DNA of 64,000 nt, from the NCBI GenBank assembly GCA_944389525.1, contig CALXMR010000001.1, positions 33,698-97,697 on the forward strand, read 5' to 3'. Shown in pieces: positions 38,104 through 48,782 of this stretch; the stretch's first letter is position 1; the number at the start of each line of letters is the position of its first letter. The notes beneath the pieces were generated by a model, which saw only the letters and a list, made by a program, of their open reading frames with translations, ran no database searches and had not been told where the DNA came from. The translations under genes were made by a program, and so were the position numbers. The DNA is from an uncultured Alphaproteobacteria bacterium (GTDB lineage Bacteria > Pseudomonadota > Alphaproteobacteria > Rs-D84).

Positions 38104-39192
38104 TTATTCCATATCTAAACCACCTTGCGGCGTATCCACATCATCATCTGCGGGACCGGTGGTCATTTCTTCGGCGATTCCGTTGGCACGCGCCATAATT
38201 TTATCCAGCAATTCTTGTTGCACATCCGGATGATCACGCAACCACTGGCGCGCATTATTTTCGCCCTGGCCCATTCGTTCATTATTGTACGAATAGAAAC
38301 TGCCCGCCTTTTCGATTAAATCGTATTTCACGCCCATATCCAGAATTTCACTGATACGCGAAATACCTTCGCCATACATGATTTTAAAGTCAACGGTACG
38401 GAACGGCGGCGCAACCTTGTTTTTCACCACCTTGACCCGGGTTTCATTACCAATAACAGTTTCTTTGTCTTTTATCTGACCTGTGCGGCGAATATCCAGA
38501 CGAACCGATGCATAGAATTTTAATGCATTCCCGCCCGATGTTGTTTCTGGATTACCAAACATAACACCAATCTTCATACGAATTTGATTGATAAAGATTA
38601 ACAGCGTATTACTGCGCGATACAGAACCCGCCAATTTTTTCAAACTCTGCGACATCAGACGCGCGGTTGTCCCAACGAACGAATCACCAATATTTCCTTC
38701 TAATTCTGCCTTTGGTACCAATGCCGCAACCGAATCGATAACAACAACATCCACCGCCCCAGATTTAATCAATGTATCAGCGATTTCCAATGCCTGTTCA
38801 CCGGAATCAGGCTGGGATATAATCAGGTTTGCAACATCCACGCCCAATTTTTTTGCGTAACTGGGGTCCAATGCATTTTCTGCATCGATATATGCGCATG
38901 TACCACCTTTTTTTTGCGCTTCGGCCACGGCATGCAACGCCAGTGTTGTTTTACCACTGCTTTCCGGGCCAAAAATTTCGACAATGCGCCCACGCGGATA
39001 TCCACCAATCCCCAGCGCAATATCCAACCCCAACGAACCGGACGAAATCGCCTCTATATTCTGTTGGGAACCATCACCCATTTTCATAATGGCTTCTTTG
39101 CCGAATTGTTTTTGAATTTGTGCCAACGCAGATTCCAACGCCGGATTTTTTGCCGCCGCGCCGCTATCTTTGACTGCTTCTTTCTTTGCCAT
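38104..39192 (-). CDS. recA: recombinase RecA
   Basis: Walker [13 protein letters not shown] and the RecA L1/L2 loop regions, with the expected 362 aa length. Confidence 0.95.
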   Translation of the reverse strand: MAKKEAVKDSGAAAKNPALESALAQIQKQFGKEAIMKMGDGSQQNIEAISSGSLGLDIALGIGGYPRGRIVEIFGPESSGKTTLALHAVAEAQKKGGTCAYIDAENALDPSYAKKLGVDVANLIISQPDSGEQALEIADTLIKSGAVDVVVIDSVAALVPKAELEGNIGDSFVGTTARLMSQSLKKLAGSVSRSNTLLIFINQIRMKIGVMFGNPETTSGGNALKFYASVRLDIRRTGQIKDKETVIGNETRVKVVKNKVAPPFRTVDFKIMYGEGISRISEILDMGVKYDLIEKAGSFYSYNNERMGQGENNARQWLRDHPDVQQELLDKIMARANGIAEEMTTGPADDDVDTPQGGLDME

Positions 39193-39279
39193 AAAAATCC
39201 CCTTTACTTTTCAGGAAAATAATACAATTTATTTACCGCCCACGCAACGAAAATTCCATTTTTTTCGCGCCGTACATAT

Positions 39280-40473
39280 TTACTTTTTGGCAACCACCAC
39301 CATCGCCGCCAACGCCCCAATTACCGCGGTCACAATCCATACCGCCGATGTTGCCCCAAATGTCGCGATACACAGCGCCCCCAGCAATGGCGCAATAATA
39401 TTTGGCAGATTTACACTGGTGCGGAATATTCCATAATATTTTGTTTGTTCGGCCTTTTTCGTCCCGTCAAAGAACAATAAATCATGTACAGATTCCATCA
39501 ATGCGCCAGAAATTTGCCACATAATAAAGATAACCAGCAATGGCACCCCCGTGACAACAGTGGCCATCGCAGAAAACACCGCAAACGATAAAAAGCCCGC
39601 CACCAGCCATTTTTTCTTGCCATACTTTTTAACCAGGCCGGCCATCATTTCTGACAAAATCAGATACGGAATAATCCCCAGCGTCAACACCCACCCCAGC
39701 ACATCTTTGGAAAAACCATTTTCAATAACAACAATCGGCACATATAAATAGCGCATTGCCCGCAATGAATAGTATCCAAAATTCACCGCATATGCACGCG
39801 GCATTCCACGATGACGAAAAAACGCAACCGCATTTTTCCACAGCGCGCGCGCCGTCCGGCGTGGATCTGCCGGTTTTATTTTTTTGTCTGGTTGAACAAT
39901 TTTAAAATACTTAAACACCCCCCATCCGGCCAAATAAATCAATGCCGATGCAAAGAACGCCGCCCTATTACCATATTGATTTGCAATTGCGACCGCAATC
40001 ATTGGCGCCATCAGCGCACCAACATTTAACCACAAATGGTATCGCGAGTTTAATCGCGCCATACCAATTTTCTGGGAAAAGTCAGACATAAACAGCGGAA
40101 TCAAAACCCCAACCAGTGTTATTGCAATACCTGTTGTATAGTCCAATATAATAAATGTACTGGGGCGGATAGAAAAACTCATCATCGCATAGCACACCCC
40201 CAGCATCAGCATACAAAAATAAAAGACCCGCGCCTTTGTAAATCGGCGCAACAGTTCGTTTGCAAACAATCCCACAATCATGCAGAACGCGGCATAAATA
40301 CCAACATAGACACCAACGACCGCCGAATTCATAAATATTTCCATCAGAACCAACGAATATACGGCATTATAAATACCGTCTGCGAATCCAGTAAACAGCC
40401 CCAGATTTGCAAACGAATATCCGCTGACCCCGCTTTTTACAGAAATATATTTATCCCGTGCCATAGCGGACAT
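39280..40473 (-). CDS. MFS transporter
   Basis: 397 aa with ~12 predicted TM helices in a 6+6 arrangement. Confidence 0.6.
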   Translation of the reverse strand: MSAMARDKYISVKSGVSGYSFANLGLFTGFADGIYNAVYSLVLMEIFMNSAVVGVYVGIYAAFCMIVGLFANELLRRFTKARVFYFCMLMLGVCYAMMSFSIRPSTFIILDYTTGIAITLVGVLIPLFMSDFSQKIGMARLNSRYHLWLNVGALMAPMIAVAIANQYGNRAAFFASALIYLAGWGVFKYFKIVQPDKKIKPADPRRTARALWKNAVAFFRHRGMPRAYAVNFGYYSLRAMRYLYVPIVVIENGFSKDVLGWVLTLGIIPYLILSEMMAGLVKKYGKKKWLVAGFLSFAVFSAMATVVTGVPLLVIFIMWQISGALMESVHDLLFFDGTKKAEQTKYYGIFRTSVNLPNIIAPLLGALCIATFGATSAVWIVTAVIGALAAMVVVAKK

Positions 40474-40555
40474 ATTATATCACAAGAAACACAAAAATAA
40501 AAACATCCGTGCACACGCACGGATGGATTTATTATTTACACCCTGTACCCGGGTT

Positions 40556-41026
40556 TTATTTATTATTCGCTGGCACGCCAGCCGCCGCCGTTTGACCTTG
40601 GGCCTGTTTTTGTCTGTCTTCGTACAGTTTTGCAAAATCAACCGGTTGCATAACGAACGCCGGGAACCCAGATTCTGCGGTCATACGGGTAATCAACGCA
40701 CGCACAGATGGGAACAGCATTGTCGGCACATCGATCAACAGTGCGCGTTTTTTTGCTTCTTCGTCTTTTTCTTCGCCCATCTGAACCAATCCCGAATATG
40801 TTGATTCAATCAAGAAAATAGATTTATCACCATCGTTCAGTTTTGAATGAACCTTGGTAACCAGATCAACCATGAACAAATTGTTTTCTGCGCCCTTGAT
40901 TTGAATATCGATATTTATTTCTAATTTTGCCTGGCCATTATCATTTTTAAAGAATAATTCTGGTACATTTGGGCTTTCAAAAGAGAAATCTTTCAAGAAT
41001 TGTGAAATGATGTTAAATTTTGCCAT
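40556..41026 (-). CDS. secB: protein-export chaperone SecB
   Basis: MAKFNIISQFLKDFSFESPNVPELFF... matches the SecB N-terminus (..iqriY.KDlSfE.P..P..f). 156 aa. Confidence 0.8.
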   Translation of the reverse strand: MAKFNIISQFLKDFSFESPNVPELFFKNDNGQAKLEINIDIQIKGAENNLFMVDLVTKVHSKLNDGDKSIFLIESTYSGLVQMGEEKDEEAKKRALLIDVPTMLFPSVRALITRMTAESGFPAFVMQPVDFAKLYEDRQKQAQGQTAAAGVPANNK

Positions 41027-41107
41027 TGCGTTTACTCCTTTTTTTCCGCATCATTTTATGGTAATATAACACTATGAATATGGTTTTACAAGTGGGGGGC
41101 TAATAAA

Positions 41108-42211
41108 ATGTTATCTGGGATAAAAAGCATGCTGGTTCGCACATTGGCGGTTTTTTCATGTGTGGCGGCACTGACATCGTGCGATTTGTCCACCCCAACC
41201 CACCACGGTGATAATTCTGTAATACCATCAAATTTAAAACGCGTATCGTATAATGAATTGCCGGGCTGGCGTAATGACGATGTTCGCTATGCATTACAGG
41301 CGTTTCGTAATTCATGCCGGGCAAAGATACAATATACCGGCCGCGTTATCCCAGATCGTGCCCTGTTCGAAGAAAAGTGTCGCATGTTACCATCGGCATC
41401 GGCCGATGTGGCAACAATTCGCGCATGGTTTGAATCGAATTTTCAACCGTACCAGATATTGGACGACAACGGTGGCGATCGCGGACTGTACACCGGATAT
41501 TATTCGCCGGTAATTCCGGGCTGTCGCACCAAAACGGCCCAGTGTAATGAACCACTGATGGGCGTACCAACCGATGGTCGTAATTACAAGGGTGTGCCAA
41601 AGAAGACAATTGTTGAACAGCAAATCGGCCGGCCGTTATATTGGGCCAACATTGTTGATGTACAAAACATTCAAATCCAGGGCAGCGGCATGGTCCAACT
41701 GGATGATGGAACATTGGTAAAATTAAATTTTGCCGCGGTGAACGATATGCCATTTAAATCGATTGGTGAACAATTGCGCGCGCGCGGCATACGCCCACCA
41801 AACGGATATTCGGCGGATGCCGTATGGCAATATTTGAAACAGAACCCCACACTTGCCCGCGAGGTTATATATAACAATCCGCGCTATATTTACTTTTATG
41901 AATCCGTCCCGCCAGATGTAATTGGCAAATTGGGTACCCCACTATCCAAGATTCGTTCAATTGCGATGGATGACGATATTTATACATTGGGCATGCCGGT
42001 ATATATTGATACAAACCTGTCCGATGGTCGCCGTTTCAGCCGCCTGATGATTGCCCAAGACACCGGCAGTGCGATAAAAGGCTGGATACGCGCCGACATA
42101 TTCTTTGGCAAGGGTGACGAGGCATACGAATTCGCCCACGGTCAACACGCCCAGGGTCGCATGTATATCCTGATGCCAAAGGAATACACCTATGTCAAAC
42201 CAACCGAATAA
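41108..42211 (+). CDS. mltA: membrane-bound lytic murein transglycosylase A
   Basis: A lipoprotein signal (..AALTSC), the MltA domain, and a C-terminal 3D domain (QGSGMVQLDDGTLVKLNFAAVN; IAQDTGSAIKG). Confidence 0.8.
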   Translation: MLSGIKSMLVRTLAVFSCVAALTSCDLSTPTHHGDNSVIPSNLKRVSYNELPGWRNDDVRYALQAFRNSCRAKIQYTGRVIPDRALFEEKCRMLPSASADVATIRAWFESNFQPYQILDDNGGDRGLYTGYYSPVIPGCRTKTAQCNEPLMGVPTDGRNYKGVPKKTIVEQQIGRPLYWANIVDVQNIQIQGSGMVQLDDGTLVKLNFAAVNDMPFKSIGEQLRARGIRPPNGYSADAVWQYLKQNPTLAREVIYNNPRYIYFYESVPPDVIGKLGTPLSKIRSIAMDDDIYTLGMPVYIDTNLSDGRRFSRLMIAQDTGSAIKGWIRADIFFGKGDEAYEFAHGQHAQGRMYILMPKEYTYVKPTE

Positions 42212-42524
42212 GAAAATCATGTCACGCGCCGCCCGCCCCCAGACCATTGCCGGGGCGATGGGCGGACTGTTGCGTATGTTTGGAATTCGCGCATCTGATT
42301 CAGACCTGGTCATGCGATGGGCGGAAATAATGGGTCCAGAAATTGCAAACATTGCAAACATTGCCGCAATAAAAAAAATGAAAGATGGCCGATTTAATAT
42401 AACACTGCGCCCGACAAATCCGGCATTTACATTGCAACTGTCATATATGTCAGATGAAATAAAAAATAAAATAAATAAATATTTTGGTCGCGATGCGGTC
42501 GCAAAAATCAGTTTCCGAAAATAA
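42192..42524 (+). CDS. DUF721 (DciA-like) domain protein
   Basis: A small basic protein directly after mltA, as in many alphaproteobacteria (..NITLRPTNPAFTLQLSYMSDEIKNKINKYFG..). Confidence 0.5.
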   Translation: MSNQPNKKIMSRAARPQTIAGAMGGLLRMFGIRASDSDLVMRWAEIMGPEIANIANIAAIKKMKDGRFNITLRPTNPAFTLQLSYMSDEIKNKINKYFGRDAVAKISFRK

Positions 42525-42680
42525 TCACTGGAAAAATGTAACACCACACCCAGTTCCCCTCTATGGAGGGGTGCCGCGCAGCGGCGGGGTGGTCAGAGTG
42601 GTCAAGAAACTATTGCCACACTGCCCCACACCCTCTCTCTTGTCATTGCGAGTGCAGCGTGGCAATCCATTTAATAAAAA
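42525..42680. other. structured intergenic element (multiple hairpins) between convergent genes
   Basis: It contains cccctc-tatg-gagggg, a long imperfect hairpin ggggtggtcagagtgg...ccacactgccccac, and gtcattgcgagtgcagcgtggcaatcc. No ORF is present. Confidence 0.3.
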
Positions 42681-42705
42681 ATCGCCCAAACGGGCGATTT
42701 TTTAT
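42675..42705. terminator. bidirectional intrinsic terminator (cgccc-aaac-gggcg flanked by A6/T6)
   Basis: A perfect hairpin with A- and T-tracts on either side. It serves the convergent genes ending at 42524 (+) and 42702 (-). Confidence 0.7.
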
Positions 42706-43028
42706 TTCATCATTTTTCTTTCCCACCACACGGCAATCGCAGGCACCAAGAATAAAATCACACCGGCCAACCCCCACATTGCCAATGTACCAACGGCATA
42801 AACATAAAATACTGGTGCCGATACCCCGGTCAATAACACCCCCATAAATATAAACCCGGGAACAAATGTCAATAACCATACCAGCAATACTAAAACAGTA
42901 TTCACCACAAAGGCGCACATCAATGTACGCTGTATCGACAGCAATTTCATATTATGAATTTCCACCCAATCTGTTTTCATATTGCACCCCTTTTGTTCAT
43001 CATAATGATTATACCATAAATCAGACAA
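42702..43028 (-). CDS. small 2-TM membrane protein, unknown function
   Basis: 108 aa with two hydrophobic helices. It starts 2 nt after the ruvC stop, so it is co-transcribed with yebC-ruvC. Confidence 0.5.
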   Translation of the reverse strand: MSDLWYNHYDEQKGCNMKTDWVEIHNMKLLSIQRTLMCAFVVNTVLVLLVWLLTFVPGFIFMGVLLTGVSAPVFYVYAVGTLAMWGLAGVILFLVPAIAVWWERKMMK

Positions 43029-43030
43029 TA

Positions 43031-43507
43031 TTAAAATTTGAATCTGCTCATATTCGCGTGTGCCAATGCAATTGCAATCGCATCACTTTCATCTGCTGTT
43101 TTTGGTTTTGCCGCCGGCAACAAAATTCGCACCATTTTATACACTTGCTCTTTATCCGCATGCCCCGCCGATGTCAGCGCTTTTTTTATAACATTTGGTT
43201 CATATTCAAAAACAGGTATATCGCGATTTGCCACCGCCACAATTGCCGCCGCGCGTGCATGCCCCAACGCCAGTGTTGTTTGCGGATTTTTATTTACGAA
43301 TGTAATTTCAATGCTGCACGCATCTGGCGAAAATTTATCACACAATTCATCCACCCCACGGAAAATCGTGGCCAAGCGCGCCGGCAATGGTAATGTGGCC
43401 TTTGGCAGAATAACCCCACTGGCAACATAGTGCCGCGCACCACCATTTGAATCAATTATGGCCCACCCCGTATGTAACAGTCCTGGGTCAATTCCTAAAA
43501 TTCGCAT
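43031..43507 (-). CDS. ruvC: crossover junction endodeoxyribonuclease RuvC
   Basis: MRILGIDPGLLHTGWAII.., the catalytic D/E residues, and the expected 158 aa length. Confidence 0.9.
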   Translation of the reverse strand: MRILGIDPGLLHTGWAIIDSNGGARHYVASGVILPKATLPLPARLATIFRGVDELCDKFSPDACSIEITFVNKNPQTTLALGHARAAAIVAVANRDIPVFEYEPNVIKKALTSAGHADKEQVYKMVRILLPAAKPKTADESDAIAIALAHANMSRFKF

Positions 43508-43592
43508 TTATATCACCATATATTTATATACATATATAATATATAAAAAGTGCCGCATATGCGACACCTTTATTTTTGCCAAACAACCAAAA

Positions 43593-44309
43593 TTACGCGG
43601 CCGCGGTAAAGACCCGCTGCACATCGTCATTATCATCCAATGCATCAACCAATTTTTCCAACTTTGCATATGCTTCGTCATCCAGATCCATTGGCATATT
43701 CGGAATCCATGTCAGTTCTGCTTTTTCTGGTTCACCCAGTTTATCTGCCAACGCCTTTTGCACCGTGATAAAATCATCAGGCTTTGTTGTAATGATAAAA
43801 CCTTCTTCGTCTGATTCCAGATTATCGGCATTTGCATCCATAATGATTTCCATCATTTCATCTTCTGTTTTACCAATTGATGCCGGATAGAAAATCTGAC
43901 CAGCGCGTGTGAACATGAAAACAACACTACCTTCTTCGCCCATATTGCCACCATTTTTGGCGAAAATATTACGAACCTCTGGCACGGTGCGGCGTGGATT
44001 ATCGGTTAACGCCTCTACAATAACTGGGACCGCGCCCGGACCATACCCTTCGTACCGAACGGCGACATAGTTTTCTGTATTTGCGCCAGACGCCTTGTCA
44101 ATTGCGCGTTTAATATTGTCATTTGGCATCGAATTTTTGCGTGCATTCAGAATCGCCAGACGCAACCGCGGATTATTATCTGGGTTTTTATCACCCAACT
44201 TTGCCGCCATTGTTATTTCACGCGCCAGTTTTGTAAACAATCCGCTGCGCGCGGCATCCACTGCGCCCTTTTTATGTTGAATATTGTGCCATTTGCTGTG
44301 TCCACTCAT
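43593..44309 (-). CDS. yebC: YebC/PmpR family DNA-binding transcriptional regulator
   Basis: MSGHSKWHNIQHKKGAVDAARSGLFTKLAREI is the hallmark N-terminus. Confidence 0.9.
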   Translation of the reverse strand: MSGHSKWHNIQHKKGAVDAARSGLFTKLAREITMAAKLGDKNPDNNPRLRLAILNARKNSMPNDNIKRAIDKASGANTENYVAVRYEGYGPGAVPVIVEALTDNPRRTVPEVRNIFAKNGGNMGEEGSVVFMFTRAGQIFYPASIGKTEDEMMEIIMDANADNLESDEEGFIITTKPDDFITVQKALADKLGEPEKAELTWIPNMPMDLDDEAYAKLEKLVDALDDNDDVQRVFTAAA

Positions 44310-44361
44310 AATTTGACCTTTTATATATCTTGGATTAAAATTACTGACAAAAGGATAACAA

Positions 44362-44937
44362 ATGATTGGAAAATTGCAAGGAATTGTTGATTACGCCGGC
44401 GATGATTTCATTATCTTGATGGCGGGACCCGTGGGGTACAAGGTTTTTACCTCCGAATACCTGACCCCGAAAACAACCGTATCATTATGGATTGAAACCG
44501 TTGTCCGCGAAGATTCAATTCGCCTGTTTGGTTTTTCCAGTCTGCAATCACAAAACCTGTTTGTACAGTTAACCGGTGTATCCGGCGTTGGCGCGCGTAT
44601 TGCCATGGCAATCATGCGAACGATACAACCCGACACATTAATGTCGGCAATCGCCACAGGGGACGCCAAGACAATCGCCACCGCCCCTGGCGTTGGGAAA
44701 AAGGTCGCAGAAAAAATCATTGTCGAACTGAAAAATAAAATTGCCGGCCCTGCGTTCAGCTTTTCGTCTAACACGACATCTGGCACCCTGCCCGATTTGC
44801 TGGCGGCACTGGAATCATTGGGATACCGCAGACTGGACATCGTGGACATGGCACAAAAACTGGTCGCCGCGAACCCAGGCACGGATGTATCCAAACTGGT
44901 CCCAATGGCACTAAAAGAAATCAGTGGGAATAAATAA
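44362..44937 (+). CDS. ruvA: Holliday junction branch migration protein RuvA
   Basis: MIGKLQGIVDYAGDDFIILMAGPVGYKVF.. and the HhH motifs (GVGARIAMAI, APGVGKKVAEKI). Confidence 0.85.
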   Translation: MIGKLQGIVDYAGDDFIILMAGPVGYKVFTSEYLTPKTTVSLWIETVVREDSIRLFGFSSLQSQNLFVQLTGVSGVGARIAMAIMRTIQPDTLMSAIATGDAKTIATAPGVGKKVAEKIIVELKNKIAGPAFSFSSNTTSGTLPDLLAALESLGYRRLDIVDMAQKLVAANPGTDVSKLVPMALKEISGNK

Positions 44938-44939
44938 AC

Positions 44940-46250
44940 ATGAACAATAATGACATAATTTTTGCGCTGTCATCAGGACACGGAAAATCCGGTGTGGCAG
45001 TAATTCGTGTATCGGGCGATGATTTACGCGACCTGTTTTTAAAAATTACAAATCGTAAATCCGCAGATGCCCGCCACGCATACTTTGCAAATTTTCGTGA
45101 CACATCCGGCGATTTAATTGACCAGGTTATCGCGATATACTTTGCTGCGCCGCACTCGTTCACCGGCACAGATATTATTGAAATACATTCCCATGGCGCG
45201 CCGGCGGTGGTTGATAAAATTTTTGCGTATTTGAATTCTGTGGGTGGTCGCATGGCAATGCCTGGGGAATTTTCACGCCGCGCGTTTTATAACAACAAAA
45301 TGGATTTGACTGATATTGACGGCCTGGCCGCATTGCTGGATGCACAAACCGATGCCCAGCGTAAATCCGCACTGGCATCCATGATGGGCGGGGACAGCGA
45401 AATATACAACGCATGGCGAACCCAGATGATTGAAATTTCCGCATACGCGGGGGCAATGTTGGATTATGCAGATGATGAATTACCCGCAAACATCGGTCAA
45501 ACAATCCGTGACCATACAAAAAAATTATACGATGAAATCAGTGCGGCCATTTCGCGCTATACGGCGGTTCGCGCCATACGCAGCGGATTTAATGTCGCAC
45601 TGGTTGGAAAAACGAATGTCGGGAAATCATCACTGTTTAATGCGATTTTGGGCGCAAATCGTGCAATCGTATCAGACATCCCTGGCACAACCCGCGATGT
45701 AGTATCGGCCAGTTTGGATATTGGCGGATACATGGTAAATTTATCAGATACGGCGGGCATCCGCCGCGCCACCGACCAGGTCGAAAAAATCGGAATTGCC
45801 CGCACAAAATCTGAAATTGAAAACGCAGACATAATAATAAATGTATACAGCACAGAAAACAATCCGCGCATTCCAAAGACAATAAAGCCGAACGAAATTT
45901 ATGTAATAAATAAATCAGATTTATCACCAAACAAAAAACATAAAAATGTAATTTATACATCCACAAAATCTGGTGCGGGCATTCGTGAACTAACCGCAAT
46001 CATATGTGATAAAATATCTGCAATTGCAAAAACGGCAGAAAATGGTGTTGCGGTCAACGCCCGCACCCGCGAGTTGTTGGTAAATGCCGCTGGTGAATTA
46101 AAATCTGCACTGGATGCACCGGTGGAAAATTATGATATTTTTTCTGAACACACCCGCCACGCCGCGGACGCCATTGGTCGAATCCTGGGAACCATCACCG
46201 CCACGGATGTCCTGGATGCCACATTTTCACAATTGTGTTTAGGAAAGTAA
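44940..46250 (+). CDS. mnmE: tRNA uridine-5-carboxymethylaminomethyl modification GTPase MnmE
   Basis: An N-terminal THF-binding domain (IFALSSGHGKSGVAVIRVSG), the G domain (GKTNVGKSSL, DTAGIR), and a C-terminal CxGK motif (LCLGK). Confidence 0.9.
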   Translation: MNNNDIIFALSSGHGKSGVAVIRVSGDDLRDLFLKITNRKSADARHAYFANFRDTSGDLIDQVIAIYFAAPHSFTGTDIIEIHSHGAPAVVDKIFAYLNSVGGRMAMPGEFSRRAFYNNKMDLTDIDGLAALLDAQTDAQRKSALASMMGGDSEIYNAWRTQMIEISAYAGAMLDYADDELPANIGQTIRDHTKKLYDEISAAISRYTAVRAIRSGFNVALVGKTNVGKSSLFNAILGANRAIVSDIPGTTRDVVSASLDIGGYMVNLSDTAGIRRATDQVEKIGIARTKSEIENADIIINVYSTENNPRIPKTIKPNEIYVINKSDLSPNKKHKNVIYTSTKSGAGIRELTAIICDKISAIAKTAENGVAVNARTRELLVNAAGELKSALDAPVENYDIFSEHTRHAADAIGRILGTITATDVLDATFSQLCLGK

Positions 46251-46332
46251 ATTATTAAACAAACAAAATAACTATATAAAATTACAAAATAATTTTTAAA
46301 GTTATAAATTTGCTTTAACTTTATATTATGAA

Positions 46333-46364
46333 TAAAAAACCGGGGCATTTGCCCCGATTTTTAT
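46333..46364. terminator. bidirectional intrinsic terminator (cggggc-attt-gccccg with A/T tracts)
   Basis: It lies between the convergent mnmE (+) and acyl-CoA ligase (-) stops. Confidence 0.7.
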
Positions 46365-47941
46365 TCGTGTCTATCTGGATATTTACCCTCTATCAAATTC
46401 TGTCGCACAACATGGTGTTTGACCTTTTGCGTGCTGGTTGTGGGCAAATCATCTGTTGTCATGGCAAAGTGTGTCACCCATTTATAAGACGCAACTTTCT
46501 TGTTCGCCTGGGCCACAGCCGCCGCCAATTTTTCCATGGTCATGCCTGGCTCTACACTAAACACACCGTATGTCACGGTTTTGTTTTTAACCTTGTGTTC
46601 GAACACAGCCACATTCTTGACCCCGGGTATTTCCATAAACAGTGCCTCTAACTCATCAGGATAGACGTTTTTCCCAGAATCCAGAACGATAACCTGCTTT
46701 TTGCGACCGGCAAAATGCAACTCGCCATTTTTGTCCATCGACACCATATCCCCGGTATTAAAGAATCCGCGTTCGTCAAACACCTGTTCATTTACGGCCT
46801 GGTTATTCATATACCCGCCGAACACCTGGTGACCACGCACCCACAGAACGCCAATACCGTCTTCGTTTTTATCACGAATTTCGCATTCATTGTTTGTGGT
46901 TGGTCCCCCAAACGCAAAAGGATATCTTTTCTTGGTCGGTTTTGAGATACAGATTGGTCCCACCGTTTCAGTCAATCCATATCCCTGGATAAATGTCAGT
47001 CCCAACCGTTCATAGAAAGTTTCCACCTCTGGCTTAGTTGCGGCACCGCCGGCAATCAGCAATTTTGCCCGCCCACCAAACACGGCCAGCACCGGTTCTT
47101 GAACTTTTTTCACCAATTTGCCCAATCCGATTTTTTGCAGCGTCTTGCCGTATTTCAGCACAATTGATGCCAGCCACCATTTATGCTGTGCCTTGATATT
47201 TTCGATAATACGGTTACGCAACACTTCCCACAGACGCGGTACCGCCGGTATCACATGCGGGCGATATTTTTTGAAGTCTTCCATAATTTCTTTGGGATTG
47301 ATGCTGGGCTGTAACAAGACACCCGCGCCATAATGCAGTGTTGCCAATATTTCCACCGCGAACCCAAAAATATGATACATTGGCAAGAATCCATACATAA
47401 TGAATCCCGGTTTAATCCATTCATGCATATCTTCCAGTGAATTAGCACACTCAATCAGGTTAAAGTGCGTCAACGGCACCACCTTTGGCGTACCGGTTGA
47501 CCCCGATGTAAACGACATCGTTGCCGTATCCAGTGATTCCACCTTGGCCGGTTTTAATTTTGGATCTATTTTTCCATCTTTCTTGGTTATATCATAAAAC
47601 TTGAATTTCTTGGTTTTATAAAAGAAAGATTTTTCCGCGCACACCAGATGACAATCTGTGGTTGCGGTCATGTTATCGTATTCAAACGGCGTCAGATTCG
47701 TATCCAACAGCAACGCCACACCGCCCAGATACCATATTGCAAACAGTGTTATTGGAAATTCTGGGATATTATGGGCCAAGACCCCGACAACATCGCCCTG
47801 TTTCACCCCCGCATCACGCAGCGATGCCGCGCGCGCGCGAACCAAATCAATAAATCCGGTGAATGTAACATTTTCACGCACCAGAAACAAATTGTCTGGA
47901 TATTCGGCCGTTGTCCGTTCCAGCAATTGATACATATTCAT
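46361..47941 (-). CDS. AMP-dependent synthetase/ligase (long-chain fatty acid--CoA ligase-like)
   Basis: AMP-binding motif I (FTSGSTGTPK) plus the C-terminal motifs. 526 aa. Confidence 0.8.
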   Translation of the reverse strand: MNMYQLLERTTAEYPDNLFLVRENVTFTGFIDLVRARAASLRDAGVKQGDVVGVLAHNIPEFPITLFAIWYLGGVALLLDTNLTPFEYDNMTATTDCHLVCAEKSFFYKTKKFKFYDITKKDGKIDPKLKPAKVESLDTATMSFTSGSTGTPKVVPLTHFNLIECANSLEDMHEWIKPGFIMYGFLPMYHIFGFAVEILATLHYGAGVLLQPSINPKEIMEDFKKYRPHVIPAVPRLWEVLRNRIIENIKAQHKWWLASIVLKYGKTLQKIGLGKLVKKVQEPVLAVFGGRAKLLIAGGAATKPEVETFYERLGLTFIQGYGLTETVGPICISKPTKKRYPFAFGGPTTNNECEIRDKNEDGIGVLWVRGHQVFGGYMNNQAVNEQVFDERGFFNTGDMVSMDKNGELHFAGRKKQVIVLDSGKNVYPDELEALFMEIPGVKNVAVFEHKVKNKTVTYGVFSVEPGMTMEKLAAAVAQANKKVASYKWVTHFAMTTDDLPTTSTQKVKHHVVRQNLIEGKYPDRHE

Positions 47942-48011
47942 AATAAAAATTCCCTTGTGTTTTTTATATTGGACAGACTATATTATATCCACCAAGGAAA
48001 AGATTGCAAAT

Positions 48012-48782
48012 ATGAAAATACTAACACTAAATATCAACTCTATCCGCGCCCACGCAGAAAGTTTTATCGACATACTGCGCGCCGGCCAGTATGACACCAT
48101 ATTGGTCCAAGAATTAAAGGTTGAAACCGCGGGTTTTCCCCACAATCTGTTTGATGAATACGGATATAATGTCAAAGTTTTTGGCCAAAAATCATGGAAT
48201 GGGGTTGCAACATTTTCTAAATATTCTATCGAAGACACAACCATTGGCATGCCGAATTATTCTGACCCAAACGCGCGATTTATTGAATGCGTGGTTGATG
48301 GTCGCGTGCGTATAATAAATGTCTATATGCCAAACGGCGACACGGTTGATTCACCGAAATTCCCGTACAAATTGGAATGGATGCGCGCATTCACAGATTA
48401 TATTTCACAATACATAAATTCACCCGAACCGGTAATTATTGGCGGCGACTATAATGTCGCACTAACCGATGCCGATGTATGGAAGCCATCTAATTATGTT
48501 GGCATTGCGATTGCGGCACCGGCGGCGCGTGAAATCATGCAATCTTGGCTGTCTGCTGGCTGGACCGATGTGTGGCGCAAAATGCACCCCGACACAATTG
48601 ATTACACATGGTACGGATATCGTGGCCGTGATACAATTGGGAACAAACAAGGATTGCGCCTGGATTACTTTCTGGCAAACCCGGCGGCAATGCAATTGAT
48701 TAAATCATGCGAAATTGATATGAACCCGCGTTTGGCGGCCAAGCCCACCGACCATTGTGGACTGGTACTGGAACTGGACTAG
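48012..48782 (+). CDS. xthA: exodeoxyribonuclease III
   Basis: MKILTLNINSIRA.., the EEP nuclease fold motifs, and a C-terminal ..DHCGLVLELD. Confidence 0.85.
   Translation: MKILTLNINSIRAHAESFIDILRAGQYDTILVQELKVETAGFPHNLFDEYGYNVKVFGQKSWNGVATFSKYSIEDTTIGMPNYSDPNARFIECVVDGRVRIINVYMPNGDTVDSPKFPYKLEWMRAFTDYISQYINSPEPVIIGGDYNVALTDADVWKPSNYVGIAIAAPAAREIMQSWLSAGWTDVWRKMHPDTIDYTWYGYRGRDTIGNKQGLRLDYFLANPAAMQLIKSCEIDMNPRLAAKPTDHCGLVLELD

Noticed and set aside
42525-42680. Possible SRP RNA, 6S RNA, RNase P RNA or tmRNA in the structured spacer
   Set aside because: I could not find the conserved sequence blocks of these RNAs (for example the SRP domain IV motif or the RNase P P4 helix). I therefore left it as an unclassified structured element.
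46328-46651. 107 aa plus-strand ORF starting inside the terminator after mnmE
   Set aside because: It overlaps the terminator hairpin and is antisense to the 3' end of the acyl-CoA ligase gene.
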